A stretch of 34,972 bases of DNA from a bacterium (lineage in GTDB: Bacteria; CALINM01). Both the position numbers and the translations under genes were made by a program. Of the stretch, positions 8,665 through 18,528 are shown piece by piece; within the stretch, counting starts at the first letter, position 1; each line of letters opens with the position of its first letter. Where the stretch lies: assembly GCA_041640455.1 (NCBI GenBank), contig JBEQAF010000012.1, positions 740 to 35,711 of the forward strand. Reading direction: 5' to 3'. Under the pieces are notes generated by a model, which did no database searches, had not been told where the DNA came from, and saw only the letters and a list, made by a program, of their open reading frames with translations.

Positions 8665-9987
8665 TTAGAATGTATAATTTACCGATGCGCTAAGTATCTT
8701 TACATTACAGTCATAAGTACCTTTTAATGCGCCTCTTAATGTATCTTCTCCTGTAGCTGTCTTATCTATCTTTGGATCATTTAATACAAAAAGATAAGCG
8801 GCTCCGAGATCAAAAGAGAGCTTCTGAGAGTATTTATATCCGTAACCTGCCGCAACCCATGTTCTATCTCCATCAGGTATTCTTGGTGTTCTGTGCTGTG
8901 GATCAGGGACAGGAGTCCTGTCATAGGCAATGCCAAATCTAAATGTATTTTTCTCATCGGCATAATATGAAGCACCAACAGAGGTTCTCAGGGTATTCCT
9001 CCAGTTTTCTGTTGTTACTGAGTCAGACTGTCCAGACTTAAATTTAATCCTCAACTCCCTGAAATCACTCCATCCTGTTGATGAAATATCTGCCATTAGA
9101 GCCAGTTTTTCCGAGTCCCTGTGATATACACTGACAGATGCTATGGCAGGGAGTGTTATATTTGCTGTCACATCACCATTTACCATCTTGTTTGCTGTTG
9201 CAAGCGGTTTAACAGCTAACGGCACATCGTATTTTACATCTCCCTCGAGTTTAAAGTTTGTCTTTGACCTGAAAGAAAGCCCTATTCTTGTATCTCTGGT
9301 GGGCTCAAAAAGAATTCCCAGATTCCAGCCTAAAGCCCAGGCATCTCCCTTCAGCTCTGCAAAGGCGTCAAAATTCTGGGAAGCTGTAACTGGTAGAGCA
9401 CCTGCTAAAAACCCTGCTGTTCCAAGATCAACCATGTTGGATAATGTGGCTTCTGCATACTGAATGTTTATACCACCACCTATACTGAAGCTGTCGGTAA
9501 CCTTATAGGCTAATGAGGGATTAATATTAAGTGTTTTAAAATCAGACTCAACAGCATGATATCTGCCTACCCAGTCTTTGGGATACTTTGTGGCAAGTCC
9601 AAAGGGCACATTTACTCCTAATCCAAAGGCATAGCTATCGCCAAGCCTTCTTAAATAGTATAGGTTGGGGATTAACGCATTCTCTCCACCATCTCCGCCA
9701 TCTCCGCCTTTAAGAGCAGATCCCAACACAGTTTTAGAACCATCATTTTTAAACTTTGCAGAAGGGGAGATAAGGTGTAGTCCAAATATAAACTGACTTG
9801 GCAGTCTGGTCATGCTTGCAGGGTTAAAAAAGATAGTTGATGCATCCTCAGCCGATGCGGCTCCACCTGCATAGGCGTTGCCAAGTCCACTAACCCCCTG
9901 CTCAATCAGCTGAAAGCCTGCCGTATGGGCATTCTGGACCATCAAAAAAAGAGCACAGACAAAAACAAGCCTTTTCAAACCTTTCAT
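8665..9987 (-). CDS. fadL: Outer-membrane FadL/OmpP1/TodX family transporter
   Basis: Signal peptide, AGFQLIEQGVSGLGNAYAG, FFNPA, PFGLAT, RIPDGDR, C-terminal YTF. Confidence 0.92.
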   Translation of the reverse strand: MKGLKRLVFVCALFLMVQNAHTAGFQLIEQGVSGLGNAYAGGAASAEDASTIFFNPASMTRLPSQFIFGLHLISPSAKFKNDGSKTVLGSALKGGDGGDGGENALIPNLYYLRRLGDSYAFGLGVNVPFGLATKYPKDWVGRYHAVESDFKTLNINPSLAYKVTDSFSIGGGINIQYAEATLSNMVDLGTAGFLAGALPVTASQNFDAFAELKGDAWALGWNLGILFEPTRDTRIGLSFRSKTNFKLEGDVKYDVPLAVKPLATANKMVNGDVTANITLPAIASVSVYHRDSEKLALMADISSTGWSDFRELRIKFKSGQSDSVTTENWRNTLRTSVGASYYADEKNTFRFGIAYDRTPVPDPQHRTPRIPDGDRTWVAAGYGYKYSQKLSFDLGAAYLFVLNDPKIDKTATGEDTLRGALKGTYDCNVKILSASVNYTF

Positions 9988-10022
9988 AACTCCTCCCAGA
10001 ACGACAAAATTTGATAATATAT

Positions 10023-10042
10023 ATCATTTATTTTTAAATGAT
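10023..10042. promoter_or_regulatory. Palindromic candidate operator upstream of fadL
   Basis: ATCATTTA-TTTT-TAAATGAT, a perfect 8-bp inverted repeat between a TTGTAA and TATAT-like boxes on the minus strand. Confidence 0.4.
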
Positions 10043-10120
10043 TACAACCGCAAATAAATTAATTTCCGATAATAAATAGTTAACTTATTTAATGATTGGT
10101 TTCTTTTTGAAAGGGGAGAT

Positions 10121-11194
10121 TTACTCTTCGCCTAAAAGAAGCTTTCTTTCAAAATCTGTGGATCGGGAGAGCCTTTTTGCGTCTTCGAGAGATATTCTCT
10201 CCTCTCTATAGAGTTTTAATAGATGTTGTTCAAAGGTCTGCATTCTGTACATCAGACTGCCGTTTTCTATATGCTTTTCTATCTCATCAAGTCTTCCTTC
10301 TCTGATACATGCCTGAATGGTTGTGGTTGCTCTCATAATCTCTACCACAGGAAGTATGTTTTCTCCGGTTCTATCCTTTATAAGCCTGAGGGATATGATG
10401 GCAACTATTATATCAGCCAGCCTTTGTCTTATTATCTCCTGTCCATCAGGCGGAAAATATCCGAGAAGTCGATTTATGGTTGATATGGCACCCTGTGTAT
10501 GTAGAGTAGAAAAAACCAGATGACCTGTCTCAGCTGCTTTTATGCATGCATCTATAGCATCCCTGTCTCTCATCTCACCTACCATTATTACATCCGGATC
10601 CATTCTGAGAACTGCCTTCAAAGCACTGTTAAAACTATCTGTGTCAAAACCCACCTCTCTCTGAATAATACAACTCTGCTTTGAAGTAAAAAGAAACTCT
10701 ATGGGATCTTCAATGGTAACAATGTTATAGCTGAAGTTCTCGTTAAGATATCTTATCATGGCGGCAAGGGTTGTAGATTTACCGTTCCCGGTTGGTCCGG
10801 TTACAAGAATAAGCCCGTTGGGCGTCTGAGCTATCTCGGCTAACACAGGCGGAAGGTTAAGCTCCTCAAAACTGCCTATCTGAGGCGGGATAACTCTCAT
10901 TACTATTCCATAACTCCCCCTCTGTCTGAACATGCTGACCCTGAATCGTCCCCCATTTGCTATTGAATAGGTGGAGTCCATATCCTTAAAATTTTCTTCC
11001 AGCTTAATATTGTGCTGAGCAAGCACAGTTTCCACAATAAACTGGGTATCTCTGGCGGATAGGTTAGGAAGTTTTGATTTAACCAGCTGCCCCTTAACCC
11101 TGAAGAATGGCGGGTTATCTACCTCAAAATGGATATCAGAAACCCTTTTTTGGAAGGCGATCTCCAGAATCTGATTAAAAGTTTTTATATCCAT
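10121..11194 (-). CDS. pilT: PilT/PilU-family type IV pilus ATPase (paralogue)
   Basis: SDIHF, GPTGNGKSTT, TIEDPIE, QREVG, DPDVIMVGEMRD, AETGHLVFSTLHT, MQTFEQ. Confidence 0.9.
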   Translation of the reverse strand: MDIKTFNQILEIAFQKRVSDIHFEVDNPPFFRVKGQLVKSKLPNLSARDTQFIVETVLAQHNIKLEENFKDMDSTYSIANGGRFRVSMFRQRGSYGIVMRVIPPQIGSFEELNLPPVLAEIAQTPNGLILVTGPTGNGKSTTLAAMIRYLNENFSYNIVTIEDPIEFLFTSKQSCIIQREVGFDTDSFNSALKAVLRMDPDVIMVGEMRDRDAIDACIKAAETGHLVFSTLHTQGAISTINRLLGYFPPDGQEIIRQRLADIIVAIISLRLIKDRTGENILPVVEIMRATTTIQACIREGRLDEIEKHIENGSLMYRMQTFEQHLLKLYREERISLEDAKRLSRSTDFERKLLLGEE

Positions 11195-11208
11195 CTGGTT
11201 ATAGTTTA

Positions 11209-12903
11209 TTATTGTGTTTTAATTTTTTCAAACATTTTTCTATAAAGTAAAGCCCCTAATGCCATATTAGCGCAGTTCTGTAAAATTTTTATGTGATTTA
11301 TTGAAAACTGTCTATAGCAGGAATCGGCATAGATCATGGCTATCGTTTTTTCCATTCCACTTAATGGGATTAATATTATCTTTTGCTGCTCGGCAAGCTC
11401 TGATATTTTATTAATAACCTTTTTTGTCTCATCATCGGGCTCTCCAAAAAAAATCTTTCCGCTCTTTAGAGATTTAGATAAAAGACATTCGGGTTCAAAT
11501 GAAAGAGATAGGGGGAGGTTTATATCATTAATTCCTATAACCTTTTCTACTTTAAGCTCATCTTTTCTCACCAGAAACAATATTTGCCTTTTAAAATAGG
11601 ATCCTAAATAACTGGCAGAAAGATCCAGCAGATCGGCTATCTTCTGAATATCTTTTAATCCTGCCAGAAGCTCAGCCAGTTTTAACATATCCTCTGCTTC
11701 TCTACCTGCTCTGAGAAGATAGGTATAAAGGGCTGAGTAAAAAAGCAGTGTATCTTCAAGGTTTGCTTTATGTGGCTCCGTCTTGGGAATAGATATAACC
11801 TCTTCCTGCTGAATATTTTTCAGTATAGCAAAGGGTTCTTCAGGTTTAACTAATTTTAGAAAGGTAAGGTCTGAATAGCTAAGCTCAAGCCTTTTAATGA
11901 GCCCTTTAATGTCAGATGCGGAAAAACCATCTCTATCTTCTTCGGTAGTGTCTATGATGACAAGTGGTTTAAGATTTTTATTTATGGATTGATTGAGAAT
12001 AACAGATAGATTCTCTTCACCGTCTGTAGTAAATACAAAGTAACCGAGTGCTGTTCCCATAATATTTATTAGATATGAAGCAAAATCATCATTACTATAA
12101 AATATTACAGAAAGGGGTAGTTTATCCTTTTTCTTTCGCTCTTCAAGAGAAAAAATATAATCTGCCAGCGCTTCCCTGTATGAATCGGGCAGATCAGGAT
12201 ATGATCCCTTAATTTTTTTGATATGAGCTTCTCTTGGGTCTGTAAGTTTTATGCCCGTAAACACATCGGGTATTTTTCTCTCCAGCTTATCTATATTGTC
12301 AAGCCCTAAAATGTCCTCAGATATGATGATAGAGTCTATACCTTGCTGTTGAATCTCAACTCTATGTCTGAATATCTCATTATCAAGCTTTTTGTCTCTT
12401 CTCAACTCGTCAAATATTCTCAAAGCTTCCATAAGGGTGTTCTGAGTGCTTATGTAAATATTCTGACCCGTAAGCTCTCTGAAACAGGCAAACTCCTCCG
12501 ATACATCCTGTTTTGTCACATCAAGCTCAAAACTGCCTTCATTCCATTTAAGTATATCCACCACTGTCATTATTACCAGACTGCTAAGCGCCTTAAAAGA
12601 GCCCTCCTTATTTATCTGATTTTTTTCAAAGAGCAGAGCCAGTAGCGGCTTCCCTGTTTCACCGTGCATTTTTAATGCATCAAGAACTGTTTTTTCATCA
12701 ACTATCTTCTCATCGGTAATAATTTTAGCCAGAGAATCTGTCGTGTCAGGATGGCTTACACTGATGATCAAGCCCTCGGCTAATCCAAATCGGTATTCAA
12801 ACTGACTATTTTTTACGGTGAGAGTACCTGTTTTTTTGGTGGATTCAAGTAGCTGTATTACATCCGGTATGGGTAGATGGGCTAAGCTGCCGGTAAAGGA
12901 CAT
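11209..12903 (-). CDS. DUF4388 (PatA-N-like) domain protein with possible degenerate receiver-like and GAF-like regions
   Basis: MSFTGSLAHLPIPDVIQLL..TKKTGTL, ILKWNEGSFEL, LMEALRIFDE; C-terminal 'IILIPL...IAMIYAD' is GAF-like. Confidence 0.75.
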   Translation of the reverse strand: MSFTGSLAHLPIPDVIQLLESTKKTGTLTVKNSQFEYRFGLAEGLIISVSHPDTTDSLAKIITDEKIVDEKTVLDALKMHGETGKPLLALLFEKNQINKEGSFKALSSLVIMTVVDILKWNEGSFELDVTKQDVSEEFACFRELTGQNIYISTQNTLMEALRIFDELRRDKKLDNEIFRHRVEIQQQGIDSIIISEDILGLDNIDKLERKIPDVFTGIKLTDPREAHIKKIKGSYPDLPDSYREALADYIFSLEERKKKDKLPLSVIFYSNDDFASYLINIMGTALGYFVFTTDGEENLSVILNQSINKNLKPLVIIDTTEEDRDGFSASDIKGLIKRLELSYSDLTFLKLVKPEEPFAILKNIQQEEVISIPKTEPHKANLEDTLLFYSALYTYLLRAGREAEDMLKLAELLAGLKDIQKIADLLDLSASYLGSYFKRQILFLVRKDELKVEKVIGINDINLPLSLSFEPECLLSKSLKSGKIFFGEPDDETKKVINKISELAEQQKIILIPLSGMEKTIAMIYADSCYRQFSINHIKILQNCANMALGALLYRKMFEKIKTQ

Positions 12904-12938
12904 TATGCCTCCCTAAGTCTTATTTTGTATCATTAAAC

Positions 12939-14381
12939 TCAGTATCTGATCTCTTCTGTAAAGCTCCCATCAGTAAATATATCCATCTTTATCAATATTT
13001 CACCTGTTGGCTTAATTATACCAGAAATTCCCGTATTTGCTGCCCTAATCACAAAAACTTTGTTTTCCACTGCCCTGAGTCGGGTCATGGCAAAGTGTTG
13101 ATATGGTGCAGAGCTTCTGCCGAACCATGCATCATTTGTAAGGTTTATAAGTAAGTTTACCCCCTTACTCATGTACGATTTTGATATTTCGGGGAATATG
13201 GCTTCATAGCAGATAAGCACGCCAATCCTTGCCCCATTAATTTCAAAAACTTTCAGCTCTTCTCCTGCAAGAAAATCTCCTGCTGCCTCAACCAGCTTGT
13301 CAACGAAAAACAGTATTTTTTTCATCGGAACATATTCACCAAAGGGTACCAGATGGGTCTTGGTATATTTACCTTTAAGCTCCGCATTCTCAAAAAATCC
13401 AGCCGAATTGGTATAATACATCTTTCCGTCAGAGCCCATATCTATATGCGGCATCCCTGCTAATAGCCTGTAATCCTTACCCGATAAGCGGGATATAAAA
13501 TAATCGGTCATTTCAAAATCACTTCCGTATATAAATGGCAAAGCTGTTTCTGGCCAGACAACAAGTCTGGATCCCTTTTTTATCTCCTTTTCTGTAAGGT
13601 TAAAATATTTGTCCATAATGGATTTCTGAAGAGTCTTAGCCCACTTCTGCGACTGATCAATATTACCCTGAATAACAGATACCTTCAGTTTTTTCCTGTT
13701 TTCAAACTCCCTATTAACTCTTTTAACTCTTTCGAACCCATAAAAAACCGATAGGATAATTAAAATTACCGACAGAGACAGATTAAAAAAGGCTGGTTTC
13801 TGTCTTCTAAAATCCATCTCTGCTAATGAAAGATTGAAAAGCATTATCAGAAAACTTATGGCATAAATACTCGCAAAATGGGATATCTGTATGAGCGGTA
13901 TAAAATTATGCTGTGTATAGGCTATAAGCATCCATGGAAATCCTGTTAAAATATGTGCTCTCAAATATTCGAGAGCTACAAATATTAATGACATAAGTAT
14001 CGGGAAGATATGGGCAGATGTTTTCTTTCTCAGTAGTAGATATATTTTAAAAAAAATCCCGTAATATAGAGCCAGATACATACAGAGCAGTATCATCAGC
14101 ACAACGGCAGCATAAAAGGGTAGATTCCCATACTGTTTGAGCACAAGGCTTATCCAGTACATGGTCAGAAGGTAATATGTTAGCCCAAAAATGAATCCCT
14201 TTCTAAAAGGTCTTTTCATATCCCGAAGTGATAGAAGAGCTATAAAGGCAGATACAAAGGCGAGTGGAAAAAGGTCATAGGGTGGTGATGCCAAAAAAAG
14301 TAGAAAGGCACCTATAATGTTATAAATATGATCTCTATAAAAATCGAAGCATAATTTTTTTAATCTTTCTTTCGTCGGCAT
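12939..14381 (-). CDS. lnt: Apolipoprotein N-acyltransferase
   Basis: TGFPW, QGNIDQ, VWPETA, KTHLVPFGEY, ICYE, TNDAWF, RAANTGIS. Confidence 0.95.
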   Translation of the reverse strand: MPTKERLKKLCFDFYRDHIYNIIGAFLLFLASPPYDLFPLAFVSAFIALLSLRDMKRPFRKGFIFGLTYYLLTMYWISLVLKQYGNLPFYAAVVLMILLCMYLALYYGIFFKIYLLLRKKTSAHIFPILMSLIFVALEYLRAHILTGFPWMLIAYTQHNFIPLIQISHFASIYAISFLIMLFNLSLAEMDFRRQKPAFFNLSLSVILIILSVFYGFERVKRVNREFENRKKLKVSVIQGNIDQSQKWAKTLQKSIMDKYFNLTEKEIKKGSRLVVWPETALPFIYGSDFEMTDYFISRLSGKDYRLLAGMPHIDMGSDGKMYYTNSAGFFENAELKGKYTKTHLVPFGEYVPMKKILFFVDKLVEAAGDFLAGEELKVFEINGARIGVLICYEAIFPEISKSYMSKGVNLLINLTNDAWFGRSSAPYQHFAMTRLRAVENKVFVIRAANTGISGIIKPTGEILIKMDIFTDGSFTEEIRY

Positions 14382-15159
14382 CTAAAATTTTAACCTCTAT
14401 CCTGTTATCAATTAAAAATACCTCGTTTTTTTCAGGTATTCTTCCTATCTTATAGATAATATACCCTGCGATGGTATCAATCTTTTCATCGGTGGTAAAA
14501 TTATAATTTAGTTTCTCTGAAAGCTCATCTAAAGGATAGGTTGCTTCAATCTCGTAGAATCCCTTTTTGTCAGGGATTATCTCTTTATCAAAAATTTCCG
14601 ACTCCTCTACAATCTCTCCCAGTATCTCTTCTATAATATCCGTCTGGGTTACAAGCCCCGACACCTCGCCAAACTCATCAACCACAACAGCCATCCTTTC
14701 TTTTTTTTCTTTAAATTCTTTCAAAAGCTCTGATATCTTTTTTGACTGAGGGATAAAATAGGTGGGCTTTAAGAGCTGTTTTAGATTAAAACTTTCCTCT
14801 TTTCCAATAAAGGCGATGATATCCTTTACATTTAAAATACCAATTATGTTTCTCGGCTCCTCATCATAAACAGGATATTTTGAAAATCCTTTTTCTGATA
14901 TGAGCGCCACAATCTCCCCTATATCCCAATCAGCTGGTATGGAGACCATTGAAGGTAGGGGGGTTAGAATCTCTCTTACCTCCGTATCTCTGTACCTTAA
15001 TATGCCTTCAATTATCTCTGTGTCCTCTTCGACGATTTTTTCGTTATCAGAGGTTATGGCAAGGATAAGCTCCCTTTCAAGAGTTTGCTTATCCTTTCTT
15101 TTTAAAAGACAATCAATAATAAATCTCCAGAATAGTTTTAAATAGCTCCAGCAGTTCAT
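14335..15159 (-). CDS. corC: HlyC/CorC family CBS-domain protein
   Basis: GFSKYPVY, MAVVVDEFG, DIIEEILGEI, DTIAGYI; lies between ybeY/dgkA and lnt. Confidence 0.85.
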   Translation of the reverse strand: MNCWSYLKLFWRFIIDCLLKRKDKQTLERELILAITSDNEKIVEEDTEIIEGILRYRDTEVREILTPLPSMVSIPADWDIGEIVALISEKGFSKYPVYDEEPRNIIGILNVKDIIAFIGKEESFNLKQLLKPTYFIPQSKKISELLKEFKEKKERMAVVVDEFGEVSGLVTQTDIIEEILGEIVEESEIFDKEIIPDKKGFYEIEATYPLDELSEKLNYNFTTDEKIDTIAGYIIYKIGRIPEKNEVFLIDNRIEVKILDADERKIKKIMLRFL

Positions 15160-15163
15160 TTAT

Positions 15164-15856
15164 CTATCTCCCAAATAACAAAAAAATTATATAGGTAAGC
15201 CCGCTACCCAAAAGGGAGCCAAAAATCACCTCTTCCTTTTTATGAATACCCAGAAAAAACCTGCTGAGGCTGACCACAACTGCCAACAAAAACATCAATA
15301 TTAGCAGATATAGGTTCTGTTCTATAATATAAATGGAGGTAAAGACAGAAAAAGAACATGCAGCATGACCTGAAGGCATACCACCTCTCAGAGGCTTCCC
15401 CCTCCTGAAATATGCCTTAACCAGTATTACGGTTATAACTACCAGAAGAAGTGATATTAGACCAAGAAAGTATCCAGTTTCGGAAATTCTTGACGGAGTT
15501 CCTTTAATAAGATACTTTGAGAATATAAATATTCCCCCGAATAGGGCAACCGTTGAGTTTAAAAGCACCGCACCGGCACATATATCTTTTATGTACTTTA
15601 CAGATATATGAAAATCATTCTTTAAAGTATCCATAGTAATCTCAAAGGCTGTGTTTATAAGCTCTGAAGAGATAACAATCCCTATTAAAATGCAGACAAT
15701 TATAAAATCATTGACCGATATATTTAGATACAAAGACAGAAAAATGGCTGAAAGTGCAGATATAAAATGAATTCTCATATGTCTCTGGGTTTTCAGAGCG
15801 TGGATTATGCCTTCACAGGCACAGTTTATGGAATTAAAAAGGTTTTTAGGCTTCAT
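15164..15856 (-). CDS. dgkA: Diacylglycerol/undecaprenol kinase fused to a PAP2-like domain
   Basis: QRHMRIH, ELINTAFE, KDICAGAVL, then GGMPSGHA and SR..LGIH..EV. Start taken at MKPKN (15856). Confidence 0.85.
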   Translation of the reverse strand: MKPKNLFNSINCACEGIIHALKTQRHMRIHFISALSAIFLSLYLNISVNDFIIVCILIGIVISSELINTAFEITMDTLKNDFHISVKYIKDICAGAVLLNSTVALFGGIFIFSKYLIKGTPSRISETGYFLGLISLLLVVITVILVKAYFRRGKPLRGGMPSGHAACSFSVFTSIYIIEQNLYLLILMFLLAVVVSLSRFFLGIHKKEEVIFGSLLGSGLTYIIFLLFGR

Positions 15857-16283
15857 CTTCCAGATCAATATGAGGAAACACAAGTTTGAATAGCCTTATC
15901 TCTTCCTTTCTCATCTTCTTTTCTTCCTTGCCTCCGTAAATATGCTCATATCCGTTTAGATGCAGAAAGGCATGGATGAAATAGAAGACCACCAGTTCAA
16001 AGGTAGTGAGCCCTGTAGCCCCAGACTCTTCCTTGCAGTAATCAACAGATATAAATATCTCTCCGAGCATATTTTTTTCTTCTGCAGGGAAGGATAAAAC
16101 ATTGGTATATTTGTTTTTTTTGAGAAACTTTCTGTTCAGTTTTTTTATCTCTTCATTATCTATCAGATAGAGATATATCCTTTTTTTTACCTTGCTTTCC
16201 TCCAGAACCTTATTCAGCGGAATTTTTAATTCATCAACGCTGAATCCCACATCCTGGCTATAGAGATTTTTTATAACCACCAT
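15846..16283 (-). CDS. ybeY: rRNA maturation endoribonuclease YbeY
   Basis: TNVLSF, LGEIFIS, HAFLHLNGYEH. Confidence 0.92.
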   Translation of the reverse strand: MVVIKNLYSQDVGFSVDELKIPLNKVLEESKVKKRIYLYLIDNEEIKKLNRKFLKKNKYTNVLSFPAEEKNMLGEIFISVDYCKEESGATGLTTFELVVFYFIHAFLHLNGYEHIYGGKEEKKMRKEEIRLFKLVFPHIDLEDEA

Positions 16284-18528
16284 TTTCCTTACCGACCTTT
16301 ATATCAGGATAATCTATTCTGTGATGATAAACACCCATAAGCGTTCTTGTAAAGCTCTCAATGACCAGATTAAGGTCTTTCAAGGTTAGCTCGCACTCAT
16401 CCAGCTGCCCATCAAGAAATATGTCATTGATTATCTTTTTGACAACACCCTTGATTCTTGAGGCTGTAGGATCTTCCAGTACTCTGCAAGCGGCCTCTAC
16501 TGCATCTGCCATCATAATAAGAGCCACCTCTCTTGTTTTAGGCTTAGGTCCTGGATATCTGAAGCTTTCTTCAGAAACATTGGTATCCTGTTTTAGCGCT
16601 TTGCTATAGAAAAATGTTACAAGCCTTGTACCGTGGTGCTGAGATATGGCATCTATAATCTGCTCTCCAAGATTGTATTGTTTTGCCAGCTCTACCCCGT
16701 CTTTAACATGAGAGGTAACTATATAGTAGCTCATTGAAGGCGTAAGAGACTCATGCTTGTTATAACCGGAGAACTGGTTTTCTATAAAGAATTCGGGTTT
16801 TTTAATTTTGCCAATATCATGGTAGTAGGCACACACCCTTGCCAGTATTGGGTTAACTCTGATGACACTCGCCGCAGCCTCTACCAGATTGGCAATAAGC
16901 AGGCTATGATTATAGGTTCCAGGAGCTTTAATCATGAGCTCCTTAAGAAGCGGATGGTCAAGATTGCTCAGTTCAACCAGTTTCAGAGTGGTTGTAACTC
17001 TGAAAACATATTCAAACAGCGGGGTAACGAGTATGAGAATGGCTGTAGAAAGAAAACCACTTACTACTACACCTCCAAGCACAATAAGCTTGGAAGCCTC
17101 CAGATTAAAAATCCGCTCTGAGAAATAAAAAACTATAAGCACGAAGAAAAAGTTAAACAGTGATATGTAGCCACTGGAGCGGAGTATATCAATTCTTGTG
17201 TATTTCCGTCCAATAATGTTTAAACCCACCAGAGATGAGCCCAGAAAATACAGAGTAAGATAATAAGCTTGAGGGAATATATTGCCTATAATCACCACCG
17301 CATAGAAAAGGGATATTATTGCGGTCTCAGAATTTAGAAAAAGTCTTAATAGCATCCCTGTGATGGCTAAAGGTACGAAAAGAATAATCATCTCAGGATG
17401 GATATTATAGTCATAGCTTATAAGAATACCCAGCCCATAGAACAGCTCAAGAGATATAAAGGTTAACGATATTACCGTAAGAATAAAAAGAATACTTTTA
17501 TAATCATACCTGAACTTCTTGATAGAAGCAAAGGAGATGTTATAAAACAATATGCTGAAAAAGAAATATATCAAAAAAGTAATAAGCACATGAGAAAAAC
17601 CGAGCTTGTTCAGCTCCTCCTTTTTCATAAAACTTATTTTTTCATATATCTGGGGAGAGACCACCTCGCCTTTTGATACTAAAAGATCGCCTTTTTTAAT
17701 CACTATAAAGTTTTGCTGAATCTTGCCAAGCTCGGTCTTTTCCCTCTGCTCGGTTTCAGACTGATTAATAAAAAGATTGGGCTGTGACAGATACAATATG
17801 CTGTCAGATATATGTTTTGAATATTTTGCCACAATTTCAGATCTTTCATTTTCCAGGAGACTCTTTATATAGCTTTTCAGGTCAGATACACTGTAAATAA
17901 AATCAGGCTCTTTCATCAGATTTTCTTCATAACTCGGGAGAGTTCTTTTTATAATCTTTCTATCATAATTAAATGCCATCTCTGATTTAAGATATCCCTT
18001 ATCATATATTTTAATCAGCAGATCCTTAATACTATTTTCCAGCTCAGGAGAAAAATCTAAACTCCAAAGGGCGTGAAAGCTGTCAAGGGGAAAAGCAGGT
18101 ATATTGAATACAATTTTAAATTTTTCATAACCGTCATTAGATATTTCGCTGTTATTTGCATATCTATCATAGGGAAAAAGCTTAGCCCATCCTCTCATCT
18201 GGGCAAAACCTTTGCTGATATCTTCGAGATATTTTTCCCTTAGCTCTGGATTGAGATCTATTACCTGCGGGGTGTTTTTCCTGACAAGCTGTTTTCTTTT
18301 CTCTACCAGACCATAATCTGGTATTAAGTAATCTTTCAGAGCTATGAGATTTTTCGGGCTTTTCTGTCCAGGCTTAATATCTCTGTAATAAAAAATCAGC
18401 TCATAGGGCAGGGAGACGACGGTCAGGATAACCGAAAAAAACAGGGAAAGATAAAAAAGTCTTACTTTATAGTGATTTTGAAAAATATTTCTCCTGAACC
18501 TCTCAATATATTCAGGTTTTTTGTCCAT
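16258..18528 (-). CDS. 7TM-HD phosphohydrolase (PgpH/YqfF-like)
   Basis: Extracytoplasmic domain, 7 TM, APGTYNHS, YYHDIGK, HHGT, FRYPGPKP, MMADAVEA, HHRIDYP. Confidence 0.9.
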   Translation of the reverse strand: MDKKPEYIERFRRNIFQNHYKVRLFYLSLFFSVILTVVSLPYELIFYYRDIKPGQKSPKNLIALKDYLIPDYGLVEKRKQLVRKNTPQVIDLNPELREKYLEDISKGFAQMRGWAKLFPYDRYANNSEISNDGYEKFKIVFNIPAFPLDSFHALWSLDFSPELENSIKDLLIKIYDKGYLKSEMAFNYDRKIIKRTLPSYEENLMKEPDFIYSVSDLKSYIKSLLENERSEIVAKYSKHISDSILYLSQPNLFINQSETEQREKTELGKIQQNFIVIKKGDLLVSKGEVVSPQIYEKISFMKKEELNKLGFSHVLITFLIYFFFSILFYNISFASIKKFRYDYKSILFILTVISLTFISLELFYGLGILISYDYNIHPEMIILFVPLAITGMLLRLFLNSETAIISLFYAVVIIGNIFPQAYYLTLYFLGSSLVGLNIIGRKYTRIDILRSSGYISLFNFFFVLIVFYFSERIFNLEASKLIVLGGVVVSGFLSTAILILVTPLFEYVFRVTTTLKLVELSNLDHPLLKELMIKAPGTYNHSLLIANLVEAAASVIRVNPILARVCAYYHDIGKIKKPEFFIENQFSGYNKHESLTPSMSYYIVTSHVKDGVELAKQYNLGEQIIDAISQHHGTRLVTFFYSKALKQDTNVSEESFRYPGPKPKTREVALIMMADAVEAACRVLEDPTASRIKGVVKKIINDIFLDGQLDECELTLKDLNLVIESFTRTLMGVYHHRIDYPDIKVGKENGGYKKSL

